Translations under genes and position numbers: made by a program | Source: an uncultured bacterium | GTDB taxonomy: Bacteria > Planctomycetota > UBA1135 > GCA-002686595 | Direction: 5' to 3' | Length of the DNA stretch: 64,000 nucleotides | Assembly (NCBI GenBank): GCA_943787795.1 | Contig: CALSNU010000001.1 | Coordinates: 768,001-832,000 of the forward strand | The notes under the pieces: generated by a model | The model's database searches: none | Seen by the model: only the letters and a program-made list of their open reading frames with translations | Told to the model about the DNA's origin: nothing | In this document: piece by piece, positions 55,901 through 64,000 of the stretch | How the letters are laid out: each line of letters starts with the position of its first letter | Position numbering within the stretch: position 1 is the first letter of the stretch

Positions 55901-57746
55901 GCAGGAGCGCCAGGCCTGCGCCGGGCCGGCGGCGACTCCTCGTCGAGCGGATGCCCAGCTCGCGGGTCAAGAGTCGCTGATCCATGGACCAGAGCGTGGC
56001 CCCGGTCTCGGCGTCGAGCGCGATCAAGGCCTCTCCATCGAACGGCGCCACCAGGACCGTGTCACCCGAGATGATGGGCGGGGAGTTCCGCCACAGGTTG
56101 GCGATCCAGCCCGCTGCGTAGTACTGGGGCGGCTGGATCGGGACCTGATCGTAGAGCGCGTCCCAGCGGGTCTCCCCCGTGAACAGGTCCAGGGCGGCGA
56201 CCAGCCCGAGCTGGGTGGCGACGATGACCGTATCTCCAAACACCACCGGCGGCGGCGCCGAGAACTCGACGTTCGCCCGACCGAACATGTTCAGCGTGCG
56301 CTGCCCCGTGACGACGGGAGCAGACCACAGCACCTCGCCCGTCGAGAGGTCAAAGCAGCCGAGGTGGAGCTCGATGCGACCTCGGAGGCGTGCCATCGGC
56401 ACCAGGACGCGCGCCCCGACGATGGTGGGGGGGCCCACCACGGTCATGCGCTCGGCAAAGGACCCCGAGTCACCATCCCAGCCGTCGGGGGGCATGGTGT
56501 TCCACAGGGGCTCGCCGGTCTCGAGGTCGAGGGCCATGAGCCGGCGCTCAGGGATCTCCACGATGATGGACATCTCGTTGTACTGATCGCGCTGCTCGAA
56601 GGAGAACGGGATCTGGAGCGGCGCCACCACGATGCCGCGCCCCGCGGCGACCGTGACGATCCTCTCCGAGGTGTCCACTGCGTCGTCGAAGTCGCTCTTC
56701 CCGCGGCCGTTGTCCCAGTCGAGCGCCGAGGGCTCGAGGCTCCAGAGCGGAGACCCGTCGAAGGCGTCGATCGCGTGCACGCTCCGTGACGTGTTGACGA
56801 TGACGGTGTCCCCGACGCGCTGGGGGAAGAGTCGACTGGACCCGTTCAGGTTGGCGAAGGGGCCTCTGGGCAGCGTGAAGGGGGAGGGCCATGAGGCCGA
56901 ACCGTCCTCCCCGTCGCGAACCGAGGAGGTGATCGCCGCGGCCGCCACGGAGGTCGCCGGGCCCCGGGAGAAGCTGGCCTCCCGTGAGGCCCGAGAGCCG
57001 CCCTCGGCCCCGGACTCCTCGAGCAGAGCGGCCGCGAGGTCGGCGCGCGCGAGGGCCCCGGGGGCTCCGTCGCCGAGGTCGGCTCGGAGCGCTGCCCAGT
57101 CCTTGCGGGTGACGGTCACCCGTTGGGGCTGGCCGAGGCGCAGGGCCGCCGCGCGAGCCCAGGCACGGAGCCCGTCGCCCGCGTGGCCGAGCTCAAGCTC
57201 CAGGTCTCCGAGGGCCCACCAGGCACGCTCGGCGGACTCCGAGAGGGGCCAGCGCCGCGCCACGTCGGAGAGCCCACCTCGGTCTCCCGCCGCGATGGCA
57301 CGCTCGAGGGCGAGGCGCGCCCTGCGGCCGAAGCGCTGTCTGTAGAGGTCTCGACCCTCGGCGGGCAGGGCGAAGAGTTCGCGGGCTGCCCAGCTGGAGG
57401 CGCCAGGGTGGACGTCAGTCTGTGATGGCTTGAGCGCGCCCAGCGCCTGCGGGCGCTCGGCGCCGAGGACCTCGCCGCGGTGGTCTTCGATCAGAGTTTG
57501 TAGTCCCTCGATGGCCTCCGACCAGCGCCCCGCAGCCACATGGTCCGCGGCTTGATTGGCGACCGCTCGGGCGGCCTGGGTGTCGTAGAGCTGGAAGGCG
57601 CGCGGACGGAAGTTCTCGTCCGCTTCCTCCTGGGGCTCCGGCGCGGCCGCCGCGCCGACGGAGAGACACCATGCTGCCGTCGCCGCGAGCAAGAGAGGCC
57701 TGCTCGCGCCGCGCGCGGCTCGCGTTGTCTTCCAGTGGTCCACCAT
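52899..57746 (-). CDS. Very large exported PQQ-like (BamB-type) beta-propeller + TPR-like protein
   Basis: 1615 aa; repeats AIDAFDGSPLW, ALDLETGEPLW, CFDLSTGEVLW, ALDLFTGETRW, ALDAETGATLW, SRDAATGAPQW and AFDLDDGRELW in two clusters separated by helical regions. Confidence 0.82.
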   Translation of the reverse strand: MVDHWKTTRAARGASRPLLLAATAAWCLSVGAAAAPEPQEEADENFRPRAFQLYDTQAARAVANQAADHVAAGRWSEAIEGLQTLIEDHRGEVLGAERPQALGALKPSQTDVHPGASSWAARELFALPAEGRDLYRQRFGRRARLALERAIAAGDRGGLSDVARRWPLSESAERAWWALGDLELELGHAGDGLRAWARAAALRLGQPQRVTVTRKDWAALRADLGDGAPGALARADLAAALLEESGAEGGSRASREASFSRGPATSVAAAAITSSVRDGEDGSASWPSPFTLPRGPFANLNGSSRLFPQRVGDTVIVNTSRSVHAIDAFDGSPLWSLEPSALDWDNGRGKSDFDDAVDTSERIVTVAAGRGIVVAPLQIPFSFEQRDQYNEMSIIVEIPERRLMALDLETGEPLWNTMPPDGWDGDSGSFAERMTVVGPPTIVGARVLVPMARLRGRIELHLGCFDLSTGEVLWSAPVVTGQRTLNMFGRANVEFSAPPPVVFGDTVIVATQLGLVAALDLFTGETRWDALYDQVPIQPPQYYAAGWIANLWRNSPPIISGDTVLVAPFDGEALIALDAETGATLWSMDQRLLTRELGIRSTRSRRRPGAGLALLLAADERSILLGGTSVVSVNFPRGSRLGPPLERGWAWPLEGVLRSDDGFPAVDAESVFVPTSKGVVILDRDSGRVREQVTGGRLGAGQLLVADGMLFSTDGNYLNARFEWAAMVARARAAVLRPEASRTEVLGLVRLLLERAEALLARGTMVDEALALVGEAEAAVAAIEADSSGTPERGSDLALRRYQTHRGFLLRARGERLRGDADAARAAARDAVEFSASQPLRLTALLTLLEIERSRDDLARAAILEEILERHAALEVAVEANALDAGWSAESALNRVVEGARDVDASGGRLMASSLWIDPWRGPVTPRATSLRPASESAGSVEQATITAGLFARISQAEMARVLPDLDAALSAELAALHRVLLEFPDERLFGTTSAQWAAARIFAVRMLYPESVAIAGLEAEADEALQDARSAYALTGSDELLERLPRLFPGSAAATRAAEDRVAFAIERGDPEQVAQLVISSLSFDWHPARCTAREASQLARLAEVMGEAGNLELRAGIVENLARYRPSLEVELSSIGTLPLEELAARWRAALPAKAPTSSTFDQQVTIKDSIDGDFTPVGSMRLAERPGAGVAPDGQVLLAASRDRLAAVSPGTGVRWSVPADLGLGRRDRAPRVSPTGGDVIIAERDRVISRDAATGAPQWVFELPDRGITSATVSAGVAVIVSRFLDTGKPAEVYGVDAELGIRLWKLGVIGDRFHPEIKVSDGRFVLLPLRGTKAGVHDLSTGHPLAAPETGQLNSREAQSAWADGRQLVLATIEGGYNTRSENRVVAFDLDDGRELWKVDLDRFNGGVHNLVGLVDLPVEVGSAKRVRLAMLERVGNSGSRRSNLSRPELGLHTLDEQNGILRSSPLAALDSKTHLVGVNIRSRVVLDSPLMVGITENGTSPPLLEGIHASRGVIWRQSSSRPLQASGVESLAAPALGGGVVAMLIRQTTGERRSVRPEMRLMFLDAATGRHVETRNVEFGGISARWRNLSGIGGSLVMMGARRMDVMQR

Positions 57747-57751
57747 CTCTC

Positions 57752-60175
57752 TTAGATGAGCTCCATCCGTTTTCTAAGGAGCCATTCCGATCCGAGCAGG
57801 GCCAGCGCGAGCAGCAGGGTCGCCCAGCGGTCCCAGGCGTCTTCGAGCTGGCTCGAAACGGGCTCGCGGCGCTCCTGGTCGGCGGGGAACGCCTCTTCGA
57901 TGGCGTCGAGGTCCGCGGCGGAGGTCGAGATCCCCCCGGTCAGGGTGGCCAGGCGCTCCATGAGCACAGGGTCGGGGCTCGGGTCAGCGTTCTCCCGGGA
58001 GGGGAGGAGCACATCGAACTCCGTCCGGACGCGCTCGCCGCCGGTCTCGGACTCCACGAGGGAAACGTAGCGCCCCGGCCGCTCGGGCTGATAGGTGCCG
58101 CGATAGAGACCTGGGCGGCCCTCGACGCCGGCTAGAACCAGCTCGGTCTCGTCCCCGTCGGGCGTGCGCAGGATGATCTCCTGAGCGGGCTCATCGCTGG
58201 GCTGGAAGTCCTCGTCGAGGACCCGGGCCTCAAGCGTCACGCGATCGGAGATGTCGTACTCGGTGCGGAGGGACTCGAGCTCGAACCGTCGATCCCCGCT
58301 TCGCATCCGGCCGAGGGCGAGCCAGCGCAGGGCGTTGCGCCAGAAGGCCTCGTAGTAGCGATAGCCAAAGCGGAAGCGCCAGCGGTTGGTGGCCTCCACG
58401 GCGAGGAACAGGGTCCGCCCCGAGGGGAAGTACCCCGTGACCAGCAGGGGATCACGTTCGCCGCCGCCCGCGATGGAGGCGATCGGGTGACGGAGGAGCA
58501 CCTGGGAGCCGGCCTTGGCGCCGCGCACCGGGTAGTGCCAGTAGAACCCACGGAGCCCGCGCTCATCTTCCCAGAGCGCGCGGTTGGTCTCGGCGTCCTG
58601 CTCGAGCCGCACGATCTCATGGGGTGCGCCAGGATCCTCGAGGGTGTAGCGGTGCTCCTTGGCCGTCGGCACGTCGAGCATGGACACCCCTGCGCGGTCG
58701 AGCTCCACCGGTAACAGGTCCGCGAACTCGGTCCCTGCGATGGAGCGCGGCATGTCGTACTGACCGGCGATGATGCAGAGCCCGCCGCCCCGCTCGACGA
58801 ACTCGAAGAGCGACCTCACGAACTCTTCTCCCCGGGCAGGGTCCGGAGAGATGTCGTAGGGGTTGATGTCGCCGAGGATGATGACGTCGTAGTTCTGGAG
58901 CAGCTCCTCGCGGGAGGTCGGCACCGCCGTGAGGGATTGGAGGCCGCGGGTCCGGTCCTGCTGGAAGTCTGGAGTCGCTGACAGCAGGAAGAGCTGCACG
59001 TCGATCCGGTCGTCGATCCGCCGCAGCTCGGTGTTGAGGAAGCGGTACTCGTAGCGGGGGTAGCCCTCCACGTAGAGCACGCGGACCTTCTCGCGGGTCA
59101 CGGTGACCGAGACGGTGAGCTGGTTGTCGTCCGTCACGCGCTCGCCCTCGAGGGGCTCCACCCTGAGTCGGAAGCGTCGCTCGCTCGAGCCGTAGTCGAG
59201 GGCGTCGCGCCCTGCGACGAGGACCACGCGGTCACCCGAGTCCACGAGGGGGACCTCCTCGGAGGTCACGATCCGAACCTCGTCCGAGCCCGTGGTGGAG
59301 AGCTCCTCGAGCTGCAGGACGACGCTGCCACCGTCGGTGCCGCGCGCCGACACGCGCGCCGCGATCTCGATCTGGTCGCCCTCGAGGACCGAGCTGGGTG
59401 AGTCCACAAGTTCGATCGCGAGGTTGACCTCTGTGCGGTCGTCGCCCACGACCACGGTGTTGAGGGCCACGCCAGCGACCCCTGCCGCTCCGACCGCCTC
59501 TTCGATGACGGAGCCGGTGTTGGAGCGGCCGTCGCTGACGATCACCACGTCGGAGACGTACCGGCCCCTGTGGCCCGCGAGCGCGGCCCGGATCGCGTCG
59601 CCGATGGCGGTCGCGGACCCCTTGCCGTCGAGGGGGCTCCCCGACGCCAAGGGCTCGAGGTCCTCGGCGAAGCGGAACGTCCTGGGGATATATCCGCGGT
59701 CCGTCGCGAGCTGCTCGACCCGGTCTCGGACAGCGAGGGCGATGTCGGTGCGGCTGAGGGCCTCGGGCGACTTGCCGGTCAGCGCCTGCAGCGCAGCGCG
59801 CGCCTCAGGGTCTCCGGTGTACGGGTCCTGCCGGGTCATCGACCCGGAGTCGTCGAACAGCAGGAGGACCTCAGGGGAGATCACGTTCTGCTGCTGACGC
59901 ACATGAACGGGACGGGCGAGAACCGTGAGCAGGAGAAGGAAGCTCAGGGCTCGCAGCGTGACCATGCTCCACCTCGCTCGGGTGGAGATCGACTCGCGCC
60001 AGTAGGCGAGATAGGCGACGCCAAAGGCCCCCGGGATCAGGAGGAGCACCACCACCCAGAGCGCGGGCAGATCCATGAGCCGCCAGGTCTCCTGGATGGC
60101 CTCGCCAGCGGCCTTGCTGGCCGCGGGGACGGCGGCGTCGCCGCCTCCCTGGAGCAGTACGAGGAGCGGACTCAT
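57752..60175 (-). CDS. Membrane-anchored vWA + Ig-like + class I glutamine-amidotransferase-like domain protein
   Basis: N-terminal TMs; MIDAS DDSGSM...TAIGDA...VSDG; VLYVEGYPRYEYRFL, YDVIILGD and FVERGGGL; C-terminal TM EWLLRKR. Confidence 0.82.
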   Translation of the reverse strand: MSPLLVLLQGGGDAAVPAASKAAGEAIQETWRLMDLPALWVVVLLLIPGAFGVAYLAYWRESISTRARWSMVTLRALSFLLLLTVLARPVHVRQQQNVISPEVLLLFDDSGSMTRQDPYTGDPEARAALQALTGKSPEALSRTDIALAVRDRVEQLATDRGYIPRTFRFAEDLEPLASGSPLDGKGSATAIGDAIRAALAGHRGRYVSDVVIVSDGRSNTGSVIEEAVGAAGVAGVALNTVVVGDDRTEVNLAIELVDSPSSVLEGDQIEIAARVSARGTDGGSVVLQLEELSTTGSDEVRIVTSEEVPLVDSGDRVVLVAGRDALDYGSSERRFRLRVEPLEGERVTDDNQLTVSVTVTREKVRVLYVEGYPRYEYRFLNTELRRIDDRIDVQLFLLSATPDFQQDRTRGLQSLTAVPTSREELLQNYDVIILGDINPYDISPDPARGEEFVRSLFEFVERGGGLCIIAGQYDMPRSIAGTEFADLLPVELDRAGVSMLDVPTAKEHRYTLEDPGAPHEIVRLEQDAETNRALWEDERGLRGFYWHYPVRGAKAGSQVLLRHPIASIAGGGERDPLLVTGYFPSGRTLFLAVEATNRWRFRFGYRYYEAFWRNALRWLALGRMRSGDRRFELESLRTEYDISDRVTLEARVLDEDFQPSDEPAQEIILRTPDGDETELVLAGVEGRPGLYRGTYQPERPGRYVSLVESETGGERVRTEFDVLLPSRENADPSPDPVLMERLATLTGGISTSAADLDAIEEAFPADQERREPVSSQLEDAWDRWATLLLALALLGSEWLLRKRMELI

Positions 60176-62421
60176 GAGTGGACCCTCCGGCGGGTGCCAA
60201 TCCAGGCGCCCCAGAGGGACTCCGCCACGAGGAAGATGAGGGCCGCGAGGGCGAGCCAGCGCCAGAGCTCTCCCTGGCGGGGCGCGATGCTGGCCTCGAC
60301 CTCGCCGCCCTCGGTGTTCACCGTGGCGACACGGAGAGCGGGGTGGATCGCCTCGACCTCGAGGGCAGTGGCGCGCGCGAGGTCGCTCTCTCGGGCGTCG
60401 AGCTGCACGGCCACCGGCTGGGTTCGCCCGCCCTCGGTACGGACGGTGTAGACACCCACGGAGTCCATCCAGCTCCCGTCCAGCATGGGCAGCGCCCAGC
60501 GACGATCGGGGCGCTCGGTGGAGTCACCCTCGATGGGGCGCTGGGCGCCGCTGGGTGAGATCAGCGTGGCCGCCCGGGGGAAGCTGTCGACCACGAGCTC
60601 GATGCCGCTCCCCACGGCCAGGTTCCGCTCCTGCTGGAAGCGGGCCCCCAGGTCCTGGACGAGCTCGAGGACCAGCGGAACGAAAGTCCCCGGCGAGTCG
60701 GGGACTCGGTTCCAGGCCCGATCCAGGCTGCTTGTCCAGAGCACCACCTTCCCGTCTCCGTAGCCGCGCTCCAGGAGGAAGGGACTGCGCGCGGTGTCAT
60801 CGAAGGCGGCCAGGACGCGGGCCGTGGGGGACGGCGTGAAGGACACGAAGTCGTAGAAAGGCGCCTCGGTCAGCAGCGGCCGCCAGCGCTCATCACCGAA
60901 GAAGTTGAGCGCGGGATGCTCCTCGTCGAACTCGTTCACGCGGTAGTAGCGCGTGCGGTCCGCGGCCGAGACTCTCCGGACCGGTTCACCCGGGAGCAGG
61001 CCTGTGCCGTCCGTACGGAACAGGTCCTGGCTCCAGCCAGAGAGGTCGCCGAGGCGGTCGCCCGCGGTGATCAGCAGGCCTGCACCCGCGGCCACGCGCT
61101 CCTCGAGCCGCGTGACGGCGGCGCTCGAGAGGGGCGGAACGTTCGCGAGGACGATGAGATCGGCCTCCTCGATGGGGGAGTCCGCGGCGTCGAGCTCCGA
61201 GGGGGAGATGGTTCGGACCCGGAAGGGGCTGCTCGATGCCCCGTCAACACCGAGCTCGTCGGTGGGAGGCTCGAGGACCGCGAGCAGGTATCCAGCCTCG
61301 TCTTCCTCCACTCGGTCGGCCGGTGCGCCGTTGACCACGAGGACCTCGAGGGGCGGCGGCGCGAGGACCACCCGCGCGCGGCTGTCGTCGACGCTGAGGC
61401 GGTCGCCCTCCAGCGTGGCGACGATGTCGAGGTAGCCCGGGTCCTCCAGCGTGACGGTGAACACCGCCTCGGCCTTACCCCGTGCGGGGATGTCGATGCG
61501 CTGGCTGGGGAGCCGCTCCCCGCCCACCTTGAGGGCGACTCGCTCCGCGAGAAGCTCCCGCTCCCCGTGATTGGTCACCCCCACGGCCACCTCGAAGGGA
61601 GTCCCCGCTCGCGGCCCCTCGCCGAGGACGAGGATCGAGTCCACCGACAGGTTCGGCGGCGTGAGTTCTCCCCGGCCGAGGTCCTCGACGAGCACCGCGA
61701 GGCCGAGCGCCTCGATCCGGGAGAGCTGCTCGGCGAGGGCCGGTCGCGCCTCACCCTCCGCGGCCGATGGGGAGGAGCTGATGGCGAGGAACGTGCTCTC
61801 CTGGAGGTCGCTCAGCAGGCGGACCTCGGCGCCGCCGCCGGCTCCGCGCTGGGCGCTTTCCTCCAGCACGGCCGCGACCTCACCGAGCGCGAGCGTCAGG
61901 TCCAGGGACTCGTCGAGGGGGCGCTCGATCGACTGGAGGATCGAGCGCGCGTCGGCAGGATCGGTCCAGGGGAAGACCCGCGGGCGGTCCCCGGCGAGGA
62001 TCAGCCGGGCCCGATCACCTCGGCCCTCATCGAGCCCTTCGAGGAGGAGTCCAGCGCGCTCCTTGATGCGGCCGAACACGCTCTCCACCTCGGCGCGGTA
62101 GCCGGTGGACGCGGAGCCATCGATCACGAGCACGAGGTCCCGGCGCTCCTCCTGGAGGCCGATGAGCGGGCTGTCGCCCGAAGCGAAGGGGCGGGCCACC
62201 GCGAACGCGAGGGCTGCCACCGCGAGCATGCGCAGGAGCAGCAGCAGGAGATTCTCCAGCTGGACCCTGCGCCGCGTCTTCCTGTAAGCCGCCAGAACGA
62301 ACCGCATCGCCGCCCAGCGCTGTGGCCGGTGGCGCTGACGATTCAGCAGGTGGATCACGAGCGGGACGGCGGCGAGCGTCGCGCCGATCGCGAGTCCTGG
62401 ATTCAAGAAGCCTTCGATCAA
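60172..62421 (-). CDS. BatA N-terminal domain + vWA + CARDB/Ig-like + GATase-like membrane protein
   Basis: FLNP...AAVPLVIHLLNR...WAAMRF...LLLLLRML...ARP (BatA); DGSAS MIDAS; LSVDDSR; C-terminal TM ELWRWL. TTG start. Confidence 0.85.
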   Translation of the reverse strand: MIEGFLNPGLAIGATLAAVPLVIHLLNRQRHRPQRWAAMRFVLAAYRKTRRRVQLENLLLLLLRMLAVAALAFAVARPFASGDSPLIGLQEERRDLVLVIDGSASTGYRAEVESVFGRIKERAGLLLEGLDEGRGDRARLILAGDRPRVFPWTDPADARSILQSIERPLDESLDLTLALGEVAAVLEESAQRGAGGGAEVRLLSDLQESTFLAISSSPSAAEGEARPALAEQLSRIEALGLAVLVEDLGRGELTPPNLSVDSILVLGEGPRAGTPFEVAVGVTNHGERELLAERVALKVGGERLPSQRIDIPARGKAEAVFTVTLEDPGYLDIVATLEGDRLSVDDSRARVVLAPPPLEVLVVNGAPADRVEEDEAGYLLAVLEPPTDELGVDGASSSPFRVRTISPSELDAADSPIEEADLIVLANVPPLSSAAVTRLEERVAAGAGLLITAGDRLGDLSGWSQDLFRTDGTGLLPGEPVRRVSAADRTRYYRVNEFDEEHPALNFFGDERWRPLLTEAPFYDFVSFTPSPTARVLAAFDDTARSPFLLERGYGDGKVVLWTSSLDRAWNRVPDSPGTFVPLVLELVQDLGARFQQERNLAVGSGIELVVDSFPRAATLISPSGAQRPIEGDSTERPDRRWALPMLDGSWMDSVGVYTVRTEGGRTQPVAVQLDARESDLARATALEVEAIHPALRVATVNTEGGEVEASIAPRQGELWRWLALAALIFLVAESLWGAWIGTRRRVHS

Positions 62422-62531
62422 GGGGGCCTCTGAGGGCGGTGTGGGGGGGGGCCGGAAGAGTAGCGGGAGGGGGAGGGCCGGTGCCGTGGTGCAGCCGGCG
62501 CGAGGGTGCGGCCGGCGCTGGGGTGCGGGGG

Positions 62532-63437
62532 CTAGCCGCCCGAGCGCGCGCGGGCCAGACGCCGCGAGAGGTACGCCGCCATGACAGCGTCGAGGGGCTC
62601 GTTGGTGGAGACGTGGACGAAGTCGACGGAGAGGGCACGCGCGCGCTGGGCGAGCTCACGCGTGTGGGCGTTGATCTCCTCCAGGTAAGCCTCGCGAATG
62701 GCCTTGGGGTCCACCTTCAGGTTGCCCGCACCCTCGAGCCCTTCGAGCTTGACGAGGGCGTCGAGGTCGAAGGAGGTCTCCAGGGGGTCGACGACCTGGA
62801 ACAGGATGGGCTCGTGCCCCTCGTGGACCAGTCGCTTGATCCCCTCGAGGATGCTGTCGATGTCGTCGAAGAAGTCCGAGAACACGGCGGTGATGCCGCG
62901 CCGACGGATGCGGGGCACCAGGCTGTGCAGGACCTCGCCGACCGCGGTCGGGCCGCCCGGACTGGCCTCCTCGAGCGACCGCAGGATCGCGGCCTCCTGG
63001 GGAGCTCCGTTACCGGGAGGGACCTTCGCCCTGATGCTGTCGTCGAAGATCACGAGCCCAGCGGTGTCTCGCTTCCCGAGGACGAGGTGCGCGAGCGCCG
63101 CAGCTCCCCAGCGGGCGTAGTCGAGCTTGGTCCAGCCGGTCGAGCCAAAGCCCATGGACTCGGAGGCGTCCACGAGCAGGTTGAGGGAGAGGTTGGTCTC
63201 CTCCACGTACTCCTTGACTACGAGGCGCTCGGAGCGAGCGAACACCTTCCAGTCCACCTTCCGCACCTCGTCTCCGGGGGCATAGGCGCGGTGCTGCGCG
63301 AACTCCACGGAGCTACCGCGCTGGGGCGAGGCGTGGACGCCCGCCATGAAACCCTCGACGGCTCGTCTGGCGACGAGCTCGAGCCCCGACAGCTTGTCGA
63401 GGACGGCGGGGTCAATGGTGCCGTTGGTACGGGCCAC
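62532..63437 (-). CDS. DUF58 domain (vWA-like) protein
   Basis: GVHASPQRGSSVEFAQHRAYAPGDEVRKVDWKV, VKEYVEE, DASESM and FSDF. Confidence 0.92.
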   Translation of the reverse strand: MARTNGTIDPAVLDKLSGLELVARRAVEGFMAGVHASPQRGSSVEFAQHRAYAPGDEVRKVDWKVFARSERLVVKEYVEETNLSLNLLVDASESMGFGSTGWTKLDYARWGAAALAHLVLGKRDTAGLVIFDDSIRAKVPPGNGAPQEAAILRSLEEASPGGPTAVGEVLHSLVPRIRRRGITAVFSDFFDDIDSILEGIKRLVHEGHEPILFQVVDPLETSFDLDALVKLEGLEGAGNLKVDPKAIREAYLEEINAHTRELAQRARALSVDFVHVSTNEPLDAVMAAYLSRRLARARSGG

Positions 63438-63457
63438 GGAAGAGAGCGTGCCTGGCC

Positions 63458-64000
63458 TCAGCTGGCCGACTGGTCACGGACGCCGGGGAGGCCGGCGCCG
63501 ACAGCCTGGGCCGGATCGATCTCATCGATCAGGCGGTCGATCAGGTGGTCGGAGGTGATCCCCTCGGCCTGCGCCGTGAAGTTCGTGACGATCCGGTGCC
63601 GCAAGACGGGCTTCGCGACGGCGCGTACGTCCTCGATGGACACGTGCGTCCGGCCGGCGAGGGCGGCGTGGGCCTTGGCGCCGAGGATGAGGAATTGACT
63701 CGCCCGCGGTCCGGCTCCCCAGGAGACGTTCTCGCGGATGAACGGCAGCGGGTCACCGGCACGCACGCGGGTGGCGCGGGCCAGCCCGAGCGCGTAGTCA
63801 AACACCGCGTCGGCCACGGGCAGCTCGCGGATCGTGTCCTGCAGCTCCTTGAGCTCATCCGCAGAGACCACGCTCGAGACCTCGGCGCCGCCACCGCCGG
63901 TGGTGCGCTTGAGGATCTCGCGCTCCTCGTCCGCGTCGGGATAGCCGACCTGGACCATGAACATGAAGCGGTCGAGCTGAGCTTCGGGGAGGGGATAGGT
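63458..64000 (-). CDS. moxR: MoxR-family AAA+ ATPase (3' part; start lies beyond the window)
   Basis: [23 protein letters not shown] and VLRHRI. Confidence 0.92.
   Translation of the reverse strand, partial: TYPLPEAQLDRFMFMVQVGYPDADEEREILKRTTGGGGAEVSSVVSADELKELQDTIRELPVADAVFDYALGLARATRVRAGDPLPFIRENVSWGAGPRASQFLILGAKAHAALAGRTHVSIEDVRAVAKPVLRHRIVTNFTAQAEGITSDHLIDRLIDEIDPAQAVGAGLPGVRDQSAS

Noticed and set aside
1..64000. Prophage, IS element, integron, tRNA or rRNA
   Set aside because: No integrase, transposase or phage genes, no recognisable RNA-gene signatures, and no obvious compositional island by eye.

Overview
A gene-dense, very GC-rich bacterial window. Gene content suggests Planctomycetota, plausibly the OM190/UBA1135-type lineage (inference). 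The left half is mostly housekeeping: lgt (partial), fabZ-like, a Cys/Met PLP enzyme, purE-purK, a DAACS symporter, kptA, a Kdo/InaA kinase, a Ser/Thr kinase-ATPase-TPR protein, cysS, nusA-infB-rbfA, a sigma54-type AAA+ regulator, rlmI-like, thiS-thiG, a CPBP protease, a gamma-CA and larE-like. The right half holds accessory envelope loci: a three-gene minor-pilin cassette, a secreted LVIVD/choice-of-anchor-B protein, an NHL-propeller/YtkA-like/di-heme peroxidase triad, and a ~20 kb, 10-gene minus-strand operon (MoxR, DUF58, BatA-vWA, vWA-GATase-like, giant PQQ-propeller, two exported prenyltransferase-fold barrels, three helical/coiled-coil proteins). The best discovery candidates are an archaeal/eukaryote-type Pus10 tRNA pseudouridine synthase lacking THUMP (truB is also missing from its usual place after rbfA), the MoxR/vWA/prenyltransferase-barrel operon, the HpsA-like pilin cassette and the NHL-YtkA-di-heme triad. 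Five frameshifts in four genes are each repaired by deleting one base from a G/C homopolymer, which points to sequencing error. I saw no tRNA, rRNA, CRISPR array or mobile element. All family assignments come from motif recognition by eye, not database searches.
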